The notes: generated by a model from the letters alone, not told the origin. A stretch of DNA of 64,000 nucleotides from Treponema sp. (GCA_017617115.1 JAFZXA010000080.1:7470-71469), one strand, 5' to 3'. Shown: positions 21,099-30,660, counted from the first letter of the stretch. Translations and numbers: made by a program.

Positions 21099-22412
21099 AT
21101 GAAAAATAAAGTTTTATCAATGTTCGATTATTTTCTCATACTCGTAATTGCAATTCTTGTTACAATGGGCGTAATGTTTATTTATTCATCAAGCATAAAC
21201 TCCGAAGGACTTTCTGTAACAAATGAATATAAAAAACAGATAATCTGGGCTGCTATTGGTTTTGTTTTACTAATAATTGCCACACTTTATGATTATAGAA
21301 GACTCGAAAATATTTCACCATGGTTTTATATTGGTCTTATTTTAATTTTAATTTATACAAGAATATTTGGACGTCTTGTAAATGGTGCAAAAAGTTGGAT
21401 TGGAATAGGTGAGTTTGGTATTCAACCATCAGAGTTTGGAAAAATATTTTTTATTCTTTATCTGGCGCGTTATTTAGATAACAGTAAAAATGAAAACCAG
21501 CTAAAACGATTTTTAATTGCAATGGCAATTATGATGTTACCAATGGGACTCATTCTTATTCAGCCTGACATGGGAACAGCAAGTGTATATATTCCAATTT
21601 TTCTTTTTATGTGCTTTATTGCAGATATACCGGCAAGATATATTTTATATGTTTTAGCTTTTGGTATGCTTACGATTATATTTGCAATTCTTCCTGTATG
21701 GAATAGTGAAATAGCAGAACATCCATATTCTATAATTACGATTTTAACAAACACTAAATTCCGTGTAATTCTTATTTTTACAACTTCATTTATAGCATCT
21801 GTCAGTCTTATTCTACGCCGATATTTTCACTTTCCGCGTTATATGATCTGGATTTCTTACGGATTTTCAATTATTGCAATTTCATTAATTGGTTCAATGG
21901 CTTTTTCAAAAGTTCTTAAATATTATCAGATAAAACGTCTTATTGTATTTATGAATCCCTATAAAGATCCGTTAGGTTCAGGCTGGAATATCATTCAGTC
22001 AAAAATTGCAATTGGAGCCGGAGGTCCTGTAGGGCAGGGTTTTTTAAATGGAACTCAAAGCCATTACCGTTTCTTACCACAGCAGAGCACCGACTTTATT
22101 TTTAGTATTCTTTCCGAAGAATTTGGATTTTTGGGTGGTTGTATTGTATTTACTCTTTATCTTGGAATCTTTATTCGTATTCTTATGATTATAAGACAAT
22201 GTCCAAACAGATTTGGAACTTATATAGCAGCAGGTATTTTTGGAATGCTGACCTTCCACTTTTTTATTAATGTTGGAATGGTTATGGGGATTATGCCTAT
22301 TACAGGTATTCCGCTTTTGTTTTTGTCATATGGTGGTTCGTCTCTGCTCACCGTCATGACTTGTATGGGCATGCTGATGAGCATTAACTACAGGAAGAAG
22401 GATTTGTATTAA
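21099..22412 (+). CDS. rodA: SEDS glycosyltransferase RodA
   Basis: GAKSWI, IQPSEFGK, QPDMGT, IAIGAGG, TDFIFS, GIPLLFLSYGGSS. Confidence 0.96.
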   Translation: MKNKVLSMFDYFLILVIAILVTMGVMFIYSSSINSEGLSVTNEYKKQIIWAAIGFVLLIIATLYDYRRLENISPWFYIGLILILIYTRIFGRLVNGAKSWIGIGEFGIQPSEFGKIFFILYLARYLDNSKNENQLKRFLIAMAIMMLPMGLILIQPDMGTASVYIPIFLFMCFIADIPARYILYVLAFGMLTIIFAILPVWNSEIAEHPYSIITILTNTKFRVILIFTTSFIASVSLILRRYFHFPRYMIWISYGFSIIAISLIGSMAFSKVLKYYQIKRLIVFMNPYKDPLGSGWNIIQSKIAIGAGGPVGQGFLNGTQSHYRFLPQQSTDFIFSILSEEFGFLGGCIVFTLYLGIFIRILMIIRQCPNRFGTYIAAGIFGMLTFHFFINVGMVMGIMPITGIPLLFLSYGGSSLLTVMTCMGMLMSINYRKKDLY

Positions 22413-22969
22413 TTATACCATCTGGCTTGTTTCTTTTCTTCGGTCATTTCAAATTCATAATCACAAATACCATTAATATCAATAATAAATTTGTAATCAT
22501 TTGCTGATGATGAAGGTTTTGATGACTTTTTATCTTTAAAATCATCATTATAAAGTGTATTAACTACATAAACATATTCCTTATCACACCAAAACCAGAA
22601 ACCATCAACATATTCTTCTGGATCTTCTGAAATAGTGAATCTATATGTTGCAATTGTTTCATATCCAAGAATATCATTTGCAGGATCATTCATCCATTGC
22701 TTAACAATAAACCTACAGGAAGGAGTTTTTTCATATCTGTGTGAATATCTTTTAGCAGGAAAAACAGGAGCTTCTTCTACAGGAATTTCAGCACCTTCTG
22801 CATAAAAATTCTTTATAATATAACCATCAAAAGGATCTTTTGTATATGTAACATATCCTTTTTTTGTAAACCAAGATTCCGAATATACTGAACTTCCAGA
22901 TCCACAAGAAGTAAAAAGAGTAACGAGCATAACGGAAATTAAAGATAAAAAGAAAAGTATTTTTTTCAT
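22409..22969 (-). CDS. hypothetical lipoprotein
   Basis: ATG 22969 after AGGAAG; signal MKKILFFLSLISVMLVTLFTS-C (spirochaete lipobox). Confidence 0.8.
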   Translation of the reverse strand: MKKILFFLSLISVMLVTLFTSCGSGSSVYSESWFTKKGYVTYTKDPFDGYIIKNFYAEGAEIPVEEAPVFPAKRYSHRYEKTPSCRFIVKQWMNDPANDILGYETIATYRFTISEDPEEYVDGFWFWCDKEYVYVVNTLYNDDFKDKKSSKPSSSANDYKFIIDINGICDYEFEMTEEKKQARWYN

Positions 22970-23106
22970 ATTCACTTCCTTGTATTTTAGTGATTTCATT
23001 ATATATAACCAATCAAGAAATGTAAATGTTACAATTATTTTCATTTGTATTATTTGTTTTTATGCGTTATAATTAATGTATAATAAAAAGTTAGAGGATT
23101 TAAAAT

Positions 23107-24381
23107 TTGAAAGATACACTCACAGGGCTAGACAGTTACGATGAATTTATTCCCAAGCTACAGGCACTAATTGATAATCTGGACGATAAAATAATTGTCA
23201 TAGATTATTCAGACATAAAGCATTTTAAATATTTTAATGACACCTACAGTTATAAAACAGGAAACGAACTTCTTGCCGATTACGCAAAACTTTTAATTGA
23301 CAATAATGAATACTTTTTATATGGCTCAAGAGTTGTTTCTGATAATATGGTTACTGTTGGTGTATATGATTTTGATAATAAAGATGATTTATATCAGCAG
23401 ATTTGTATACGAAACAGATTAATTGAACATGCACTGCGAAAAAAATACAAATGCAACAGACTTCGTATTTGTACCGGAATGTATTTTATAAGCAGGCATA
23501 ATAATAACATCGATGCCGAAACTGTAATTTCAAACTGCAACCTGGCAAGAAAAATTGCACGAGAAAATTCACGTGAAGATTCTGTCGTAATCTTTAAAGA
23601 AGAAATGTCTTCAAAAATAAATCACGAAATTGAAATTCTTTCGACTATAGATTCAGCTATAAAAAATAACGAACTGATTACATATTATCAGCCAAAAATA
23701 AATTCCGAAACTGGAGTTATTTGTGGAGCAGAAGCTCTTGTTCGCTGGAAAAAGAGCGACGGTACAATAATTTACCCTGATCAGTTTGTGCCAATTATAG
23801 AACGCAGCGGTCAGATAATTCAGGTTGATTATTTTATGTACCAGCAGGTTTTTCAGTTTATAAGCGAAAGAATTGCAGAAAAAAAGACTGTAGTTCCAAT
23901 TTCCATAAATGTATCACGCCAGCATTTTAAAAAGCTTGATATTATTAATTATATAAAATCGCTTCAAAGAGTATATAAAATTCCACCACAGTATGTTGAA
24001 TTTGAAATAACAGAAACTGTATGCATGGAAGATACAGCAAAAGCTATGAATTTTATACGAACCTTCCACGAAATGGGTTTTAAAGTTTCTATGGATGATT
24101 TTGGTTCTGGTTATTCATCACTTTATCTTTTAAGTGAATTACCGATTGATGTTATTAAAATGGACAAATGCTTTTTACAGTCTCAGAATTTACATGATAA
24201 AGAAAGGGTAATAATTTCGAATATTATAAACATGACTCATCAGCTTGATATAACTGCCTTATGCGAAGGAGTTGAAACCTCTCAGCAAAGCGAATTCTTA
24301 AAATCTGTAGGTTGTGATATTCAGCAGGGCTTTTATTTTTCAAGGCCAGTAACAGGCGAACAAATATCCGATATGCTCTAA
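23107..24381 (+). CDS. EAL phosphodiesterase with degenerate GGDEF domain
   Basis: D.LTGL, FKYFND.Y; GGDEF replaced by VSDNM; YYQPK, EALVRW, EITE, DDFGSGYSSL, EGVET, QGFYFS. Confidence 0.92.
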   Translation: MKDTLTGLDSYDEFIPKLQALIDNLDDKIIVIDYSDIKHFKYFNDTYSYKTGNELLADYAKLLIDNNEYFLYGSRVVSDNMVTVGVYDFDNKDDLYQQICIRNRLIEHALRKKYKCNRLRICTGMYFISRHNNNIDAETVISNCNLARKIARENSREDSVVIFKEEMSSKINHEIEILSTIDSAIKNNELITYYQPKINSETGVICGAEALVRWKKSDGTIIYPDQFVPIIERSGQIIQVDYFMYQQVFQFISERIAEKKTVVPISINVSRQHFKKLDIINYIKSLQRVYKIPPQYVEFEITETVCMEDTAKAMNFIRTFHEMGFKVSMDDFGSGYSSLYLLSELPIDVIKMDKCFLQSQNLHDKERVIISNIINMTHQLDITALCEGVETSQQSEFLKSVGCDIQQGFYFSRPVTGEQISDML

Positions 24382-24393
24382 AAAGAGGAAAAA

Positions 24394-26649
24394 ATGTTAT
24401 CTCCAATTAAACCCAAAGACTCAAAAATTACAGAAGTAAAACAGGAAAATAACTGTATATATTTGTATTCACAAGCCGGTATTTTACGCGTTTTGATTTT
24501 TAATGAAGATATTATCCGCATTTCTTTTACTCAGGAAGAAAGCTTTAATGAAAATCAGGCAGTGGAATTTTTACAGCCTCAAACGCAAACTAAATACGAT
24601 TTAATACATTCGGGTAATTTTTATTTAATAGCTACTTCAAAACTATGCTGTAAAATTAATATTAATACAGGTTCTGTAAGTTTTATAAGAAAAAATGAAG
24701 ACCAGGATAATTTACTTTTTTCTGAAAAGCAAAATCAAAGTCATCATCTGGAACGTTTTGATTCTTTTATAAGTTCCGGAAATGTTAAATTTGAAGAAAT
24801 ACAAACTGCAGATGGTGTAAAAAAACATATTCTTGCTGCAGACAAGGTTTTTGATAAAACACTTTATCATACAAGACTTGATTTTTTACTTGATGAAAAT
24901 GAAAAAATTTATGGGTTAGGGCAGTGCGAAAGTGGTATCTGGGATTACAGAAATTCAAAACAATATCTTAATCAGGGCAATAAAAAAATAGCAATTCCAT
25001 GCTTTGTTTCAAGTAAAGGCTATGCAGTTTTGTTTTCTACACAAAGTCCTTCGATTTACTGTGGAATGAGCGAGCCATATTTTTATACAACTGCCGATTA
25101 TTATCTTGATTATTATTTTATTGCACCAGAAAAAAAAGAGAATATTGTAAAAGGTATAAGACAAATTACAGGAAAAGCTCTTATGCCGCCAAAATGGGCA
25201 TTCGGATACGTTCAATCGCAGGAGCGTTATGAAAGCCAGGAAGAGATTCTGTCTACCGTAGGGGAGTTCAAAAAACGAAATATCCCATTAAGCTGCATTG
25301 TTTTAGACTGGTTAAGCTGGCCTGATGGTTTATGGGGACAAAAATCTTTTGATAAAACACGCTTTGGTGAACCTGACAAAATGGTTGAAAAACTTCATAA
25401 AGATAATGTTCATTTTATGATTTCAATCTGGCCAACTATGGATGAAAAATCAGATAACTACAAAGAAATGCTTGAGCAAAAATGTCTTTTAAGTGGTGTA
25501 AATATCTGTAATTCATTTGAAAAAAAGGCAAGGAATCTGTATTGGAAACAGGCTAAAGAAGGTCTTGCCGATTATGGTATAGAAAGCTGGTGGTGTGATT
25601 CCAGTGAACCTAGTACTCCTGAATGGAACCACTACGAATGTCCACCTGAAGAAGTACAATTTTCAGAGTATATTCAAAATGCACAGGATATAATGCCTTT
25701 AGAAAAGTCAAATGCCTATGGATTATATCATGCAAAAGGAATGTATGAAGGACAAAAATCTGATTTTCCACAAAGAAGAATGCTTATTTTAACAAGAAGC
25801 GGTGTGCTGGGAAGTCAAAAATACGGTGTAACCTTATGGTCAGGCGATACAAGCGCCAGCTGGAAAACACTTAAAAATCAACTTGTTGCAGCTGTGCAAT
25901 TCAGTCTTTCTGGCATTCCATACTGGACTTTTGACATTGGAGGTTTCTTTGTAAAAAAAGGAATAAACTGGTATTGGAATGGAGATTATGAGCAGACTAC
26001 AGAAAATCCAGCATACAGGGAATTATACACGCGATGGCTGCAATTAGGAACATTTCTTCCAATGTTCCGTGCACATGGAACAGACTGCAGGCGTGAACCG
26101 TGGGCTTTTGATGATGATTCTCATATCTTTTATAATACAATCTGCGATTTTATTAAATTACGATACAAGCTTTTACCTTACATTTATTCTATTGCAGGCA
26201 AAGTATGGAAAGAAGATGAACAGTTTATAAGGCCGCTTTTTACATGCTTTGAAGATTCTGATGTTTATGATATTTATGAACAGTTTATGTTTGGCCCGAA
26301 TATTATGGTTTGTCCCGTTATAAAACCAATGTACTACGATAAAGAGGGAAACGAAATAAATGCAGAAAAAACTATAAAAGTATATTTACCAAAAGACTGC
26401 GACTGGTACGACTGGTGGACAGGTCAACAGTATAAAGGCGGACAATGGCTTTTATGTGATGCAGATATTACAAAAATTCCGTTGTTTGTAAAAGCGGGTA
26501 CAGTAATACCTGTTGATCAGGATAATAAAACACTTACGTTACGATTTCCGGATGATAACGGACATTGCGAACCGTTTGAACTATACGAAGATGACGGTAA
26601 AACAAACGAATATCTTGATGGCAAATATAAGATTTATAAGGTTTTCTAA
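24394..26649 (+). CDS. glycoside hydrolase family 31 (alpha-xylosidase/glucosidase)
   Basis: YGLG, PPKWAFGY.QS, WWCDSSEP nucleophile, WSGDT, DIGGF, ELYTRW.Q.G.F.PMFRAHG. Confidence 0.94.
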   Translation: MLSPIKPKDSKITEVKQENNCIYLYSQAGILRVLIFNEDIIRISFTQEESFNENQAVEFLQPQTQTKYDLIHSGNFYLIATSKLCCKININTGSVSFIRKNEDQDNLLFSEKQNQSHHLERFDSFISSGNVKFEEIQTADGVKKHILAADKVFDKTLYHTRLDFLLDENEKIYGLGQCESGIWDYRNSKQYLNQGNKKIAIPCFVSSKGYAVLFSTQSPSIYCGMSEPYFYTTADYYLDYYFIAPEKKENIVKGIRQITGKALMPPKWAFGYVQSQERYESQEEILSTVGEFKKRNIPLSCIVLDWLSWPDGLWGQKSFDKTRFGEPDKMVEKLHKDNVHFMISIWPTMDEKSDNYKEMLEQKCLLSGVNICNSFEKKARNLYWKQAKEGLADYGIESWWCDSSEPSTPEWNHYECPPEEVQFSEYIQNAQDIMPLEKSNAYGLYHAKGMYEGQKSDFPQRRMLILTRSGVLGSQKYGVTLWSGDTSASWKTLKNQLVAAVQFSLSGIPYWTFDIGGFFVKKGINWYWNGDYEQTTENPAYRELYTRWLQLGTFLPMFRAHGTDCRREPWAFDDDSHIFYNTICDFIKLRYKLLPYIYSIAGKVWKEDEQFIRPLFTCFEDSDVYDIYEQFMFGPNIMVCPVIKPMYYDKEGNEINAEKTIKVYLPKDCDWYDWWTGQQYKGGQWLLCDADITKIPLFVKAGTVIPVDQDNKTLTLRFPDDNGHCEPFELYEDDGKTNEYLDGKYKIYKVF

Positions 26650-26763
26650 AATTATTAATAGTGTAGTACATTTAACGTAAGCGTCTAATTAACACCCCCT
26701 AAAAATCAAACAAATTTGAATATACAATCACCTTAATTCCAGAAAATTGAGGTGATTTTTTTT

Positions 26764-27120
26764 ATGATTTTTCCCGTCAAAAGAGTCAAAGAGGAACTGA
26801 TAAACGAGTTTGCGGTTTCAAATATGGATATTGAAACTTTCAGTCAGATGCACAGCATTCAGCCCGAAGCGTTGCGATCCTGGATTCACGAAAAGATGGA
26901 AAGAGCAAAACTAGGACTTCCAGAAAACACCGCAGAAGTTTTCCAGGCATCTGAATTTGTAGAGCTCGATATTCCAGGTGCATCAAAACATCGTATTGCA
27001 GTTGGAATAGACCGTAAAGAACTGATAACAGTCAGGGCAGGGGGAATAGAAATCGATATTCCCATAACAACAGAAGAGACAATACTTTTCAAAATATTCC
27101 AGACGGCGGCAAGTATATGA
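26764..27120 (+). CDS. tnpA: IS66 accessory protein TnpA (HTH)
   Basis: first ORF of the element; HTH-like FSQMHSIQPEALRSW, FVELDI, GGIEIDI; ATG 26764 after GAGGTGA; ATGA overlap with tnpB. Confidence 0.8.
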   Translation: MIFPVKRVKEELINEFAVSNMDIETFSQMHSIQPEALRSWIHEKMERAKLGLPENTAEVFQASEFVELDIPGASKHRIAVGIDRKELITVRAGGIEIDIPITTEETILFKIFQTAASI

Positions 27121-27464
27121 TGTTTGATTTTTCCAATACACGCATTTTCTTAAGACCAGGTGCAACTAATTTCCGAATGAGTAAAGAGCGGCTTATGCAC
27201 GTAATCAGCGATATTATGCAACAGGATCCGTTTAGTGGAGCTGTCTTCATGTTTTGCAATGCACAGAGAAAACATCTAAAACTTGTATGGTGGGATACAA
27301 ACGGCTTCTGGATTGCTCAAAAAATTCTGGAGAAAGGGCAGTGGCCATGGCCGGATACAGCAGAAGAAGCCAGAGAGATAAAAATCGATGAAGTAAAAAT
27401 GCTTCTGAAAGGAATCGATTTCTTCTGTGCCTATGAACCGATGATGTTTGAATGCATTGATTAA
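27117..27464 (+). CDS. tnpB: IS66 accessory protein TnpB (Orf2; not the RNA-guided TnpB)
   Basis: DPFSGAVFMFCN..R..LK.VWWDTNGFWIAQKILEKGQWPWP, LL.GID. Confidence 0.92.
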   Translation: MMFDFSNTRIFLRPGATNFRMSKERLMHVISDIMQQDPFSGAVFMFCNAQRKHLKLVWWDTNGFWIAQKILEKGQWPWPDTAEEAREIKIDEVKMLLKGIDFFCAYEPMMFECID

Positions 27465-27574
27465 TTGTAGATTCTCTATAAATAATTGTCAGTTTTTGAT
27501 ATATTTAAGTAAGTTTTGTGAATATTTATAACTTATGTTATGTGAGACGCCTGTATTAGGTGCTTGGAGAAAAA

Positions 27575-28630
27575 ATGAAAAAATTAATGTTTGGTATAGC
27601 TTGTATAATTTTATTTGTAGGATGTAATAAAAAAACAGAAAATCAGGGAAAAACAATATCTGCCATTGATAATTTATCTGTCAGAGAAGATCTTGTTGAT
27701 TCGCAAGAAAAATCAAATGAAGAACCTTCAGAAGAAAATTTGAATGAAGAACAGAATGTACAATTAATAAAGATTGCAGAATTTCAAAATGATCCGAATA
27801 ATAATGAAACAATTAGTATTCGAACAGATGTAGGAGATGATGACATTTCTGGAAATACAATGTTAATCTCTTCTGAAGGAAAAATACTTATCCATTGTAG
27901 AGATAAGAATGAAGTTTTTTATTTTGATTCTAGAGATAATAAATTACATCCGCTTTTTGATACCAATTTTTTACCTGCGCCAAATTTTGCACATTTTAAT
28001 CAAATCACAAAATCTCATTATTTCTTTTTTGGAAATAATGGAAATTTCTATTTAGTTGATAAAGATTTTAATTTGACGGCAAATATAAATTTTTTATACA
28101 ATTGGGATGTAAGAACCTATTTTGATGCTGCATTATATGATGAAGATTCGGATACTCTATTTTTCTTAGATAATGACAAAGATATTCATTCTATAGCACA
28201 CCCATCTTTGGACGAAAACATAAATCAAAAAAATTATAGAGATTCTACAGAAACTATGACAAGGCTTGGAAATGATGAATATGCTCCACATTTGACTCTA
28301 GATAAAAAACGAAAGTTATATATTGATGGAGTAATATATAAGGGATATTATGATTATGAATCCTATGAAATAAACGATTATAAAGTTAGTTTAAGAAACG
28401 AGGATTATCATATTAATGTTTATGATGGAAACAAAAGTCAATTCTTATACTATACAATTCCAGAAAATGAAAAAATTGAATCAATCACATATCATCCAAA
28501 CGGCGACTGGTATTTCCTGACTATAAACTGGACAACAAATATGCATACTCTGTGGCGAATCGAAAATACTTGGGATCCAGAATGGCGAGAGCAGTGGTAC
28601 AAAGAATATCCATCTGCAGTAAGACCATAA
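27575..28630 (+). CDS. passenger lipoprotein of unknown function inside IS66
   Basis: GGAGA then ATG 27575; MKKLMFGIACIILFVG-C lipobox; 351 aa, no transposase motifs. Confidence 0.88.
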   Translation: MKKLMFGIACIILFVGCNKKTENQGKTISAIDNLSVREDLVDSQEKSNEEPSEENLNEEQNVQLIKIAEFQNDPNNNETISIRTDVGDDDISGNTMLISSEGKILIHCRDKNEVFYFDSRDNKLHPLFDTNFLPAPNFAHFNQITKSHYFFFGNNGNFYLVDKDFNLTANINFLYNWDVRTYFDAALYDEDSDTLFFLDNDKDIHSIAHPSLDENINQKNYRDSTETMTRLGNDEYAPHLTLDKKRKLYIDGVIYKGYYDYESYEINDYKVSLRNEDYHINVYDGNKSQFLYYTIPENEKIESITYHPNGDWYFLTINWTTNMHTLWRIENTWDPEWREQWYKEYPSAVRP

Positions 28631-28695
28631 AATTTATCAGAAAAAATATTAACGTCCCCTTTTTAAAAGTTTTTAAATCTGTTAACATTTAAAAC

Positions 28696-30453
28696 ATGAA
28701 AAGGGAAGTAACAATACAGGAAGCTCTCACAGAACTTGCTGCTGCAAAGATTGAGATTGAATCAATGCAGCAGCAGCTTGTTTTAAAGGACAAGTTGCTT
28801 TCCTCTAAAGACGAAAAAATCACAATTCAGCTGTTCACGATAAATCAGCAGCAGGAACTGTTGAAACAGAAAGATGATGAAATAAAGATCCTTAAAGATG
28901 ATAATAATTCAAAGGATTTAAAAATCTTAGGTCTTGAAGAACGATTAAAAACACAGCTTTCATACCGCTTCGGCTCTCATTCTGAAAAATCCTTTGAACA
29001 GTGGCTTCCTTTGTTCGATGAACTTGATGATTTTCCGGAGAATGAACTACTTACAAAAGAAGAACTTGAAGAAATCAAAGAAGAAAACATCGTTGTTAAA
29101 GCCTATAAAAGGCGAAAGTGCGGCCGTAAAAAGCTTGATGATGATAACATTGAAAGAGTAAGGATTTATCACGATATTCCAGAGTCTGAAAAGACCTGTG
29201 GCTGTGGTGCAAAACTTGTAAGAATAGGGGAGAGAACAACAAAAAGATACAACATCATTCCCGAAAAGCTTTATATTGAAGAACACGTTTATCCGGTTTA
29301 TGCGTGCAGAGTATGTGAAGGAAGCGGGGATGAAGAACATCCTGTATTCCGCCAGGCTCCAGCTGCAAAAAATATAATTCCAAAATCCATAGCAACACCA
29401 GGACTTTTGAGTTATATCTTTGTGAATAAGTACTGCAATCATATGCCTTATTACAGACAGTCGCAGAATTTTGAAAGACATGGATTAGATTTATCCAGGG
29501 CTACAATGGATAAATGGCAGCTTGAAGTTTATGAGAAAATCAAACCTCTGGAAAATGTGATTCTAAAGCATATAAAATCCGGAAAAGTCTTAAACATGGA
29601 TGAAACAACATGCCGGATTTTGAATTACGAGAATGGGAATAAGGAGCGTAAAAAATCCTACATCTGGCTCGCTCACGGCGGCCCGAAAGAGAAAAAACTC
29701 GTAATTTACAGGTATTTTGAAAGCCGGAGTCCGGTATATATAAAGACTTTTATAAACGGGTTTCAAGGATGGCTTCAGACTGATGAATATCCTGGTTATG
29801 AATCGGCCTTAAAAGAACATAATATTCTCTATCCGAAACAAAAGATTATACATGTCTCATGTGCTGCTCATATACGCCGTAAGTTCTATGATGCATTACT
29901 CAACGGTAAATCAAAAGGTGCTGCAAAAGCATTGAAATACATACAGCAGATGTATTATGAGGAAAACCGTCTTAGAGAGCAGAATCTGTCTGATTCTGAA
30001 CTTGTTACCAAGCGAAAAGAAATTATAAAGCCGATTATGAATGAGTTTTATAACTGGCTGATTGAAATTCAGCCTACAGTACCGAAGTCATTTAAGTTTG
30101 GACAGGCTATAAAATATGCCGTTTCTGCATTGCCTCATTTGATGAATTACATAGATTGTCCGGAGATTTATTTAGATAATTCAATCAGCGAGCGCTCAAT
30201 ACGTCCGTATGTTTTATCAAGGAAAAACTTCTTATTTTCTGCATCAGAAGACGGCGCAAGATCAACATGCCTGTTGTTTTCTTTGATAGAATGTGCTAAA
30301 ATAAATAATATCAATCCTGAAGAATATCTTTCTTCAATTTTTGAATTAGCCGCAGATACAACAGGCTGGACTGATTCAAACTGGTCAGAACTTCTTCCTT
30401 GGAACATTAAATTGATCAAAAAATCTGATGTTTCAACGGTCTTAGTAGCCTAA
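28696..30453 (+). CDS. tnpC: IS66 DDE transposase TnpC
   Basis: N-terminal coiled coil, RFGSHSEK, C-x-C...C-xx-C, HMPYYRQ, MDETT, LQTDEY, CAAHIRRKF, DNSISERSIR, RKNFLF. Confidence 0.96.
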   Translation: MKREVTIQEALTELAAAKIEIESMQQQLVLKDKLLSSKDEKITIQLFTINQQQELLKQKDDEIKILKDDNNSKDLKILGLEERLKTQLSYRFGSHSEKSFEQWLPLFDELDDFPENELLTKEELEEIKEENIVVKAYKRRKCGRKKLDDDNIERVRIYHDIPESEKTCGCGAKLVRIGERTTKRYNIIPEKLYIEEHVYPVYACRVCEGSGDEEHPVFRQAPAAKNIIPKSIATPGLLSYIFVNKYCNHMPYYRQSQNFERHGLDLSRATMDKWQLEVYEKIKPLENVILKHIKSGKVLNMDETTCRILNYENGNKERKKSYIWLAHGGPKEKKLVIYRYFESRSPVYIKTFINGFQGWLQTDEYPGYESALKEHNILYPKQKIIHVSCAAHIRRKFYDALLNGKSKGAAKALKYIQQMYYEENRLREQNLSDSELVTKRKEIIKPIMNEFYNWLIEIQPTVPKSFKFGQAIKYAVSALPHLMNYIDCPEIYLDNSISERSIRPYVLSRKNFLFSASEDGARSTCLLFSLIECAKINNINPEEYLSSIFELAADTTGWTDSNWSELLPWNIKLIKKSDVSTVLVA

Positions 30454-30569
30454 TAGGGCGGAAAATTGACGCTTACCATTTAACACAGTAAAGGGCCTAT
30501 TTTACCTGTATGGGTAGACAGAATATGCGTTATAGGTAGTTTTAGAATATATAATTTTTGATATAATTT

Positions 30570-30646
30570 TGCGCGGAGAGGTTTTTAGAACGCAAAATAC
30601 TCCCTTTTCGTCCTGTATTTTGCGGGCTGAAAACCTCGTAAGCGCA
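30570..30646. repeat. family-C intergenic multi-stem hairpin, copy 1
   Basis: TGCGC/GCGCA, GAGGTTTTTAG/CTGAAAACCTC, CGCAAAATAC/GTATTTTGCG stems; loop contains CCCTTTTCGTC; same architecture as 59214-59302. Confidence 0.75.
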
Positions 30647-30660
30647 TAATTGTATTCACT

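Larger units (their letters stand above)
26677..30476 (+). mobile_element. IS66-family element (3,800 bp) with internal passenger gene
   Basis: IRL GTAAGCGTCTAATT.., IRR (reverse complement) GTAAGCGTCAATTT..; exact 8-bp TSD CATTTAAC at 26669-26676 and 30477-30484; tnpA/tnpB/tnpC present. Confidence 0.96.

Noticed and set aside
26500-26676. GH31 truncated by the IS66 insertion
   Set aside because: The stop codon (26649) lies 19 nt before the target duplication, so the insertion is intergenic.
27117-27464. tnpB as an RNA-guided nuclease (IS200/IS605 TnpB, Cas12 relative)
   Set aside because: Name coincidence only: it is the 115-aa IS66 Orf2 with no RuvC or zinc-finger motifs.
27465-28695. Integron-cassette interpretation of the IS66 passenger (GTTATGT upstream of the gene)
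   Set aside because: No attC-like long imperfect palindrome downstream of the gene and no integrase in the window.
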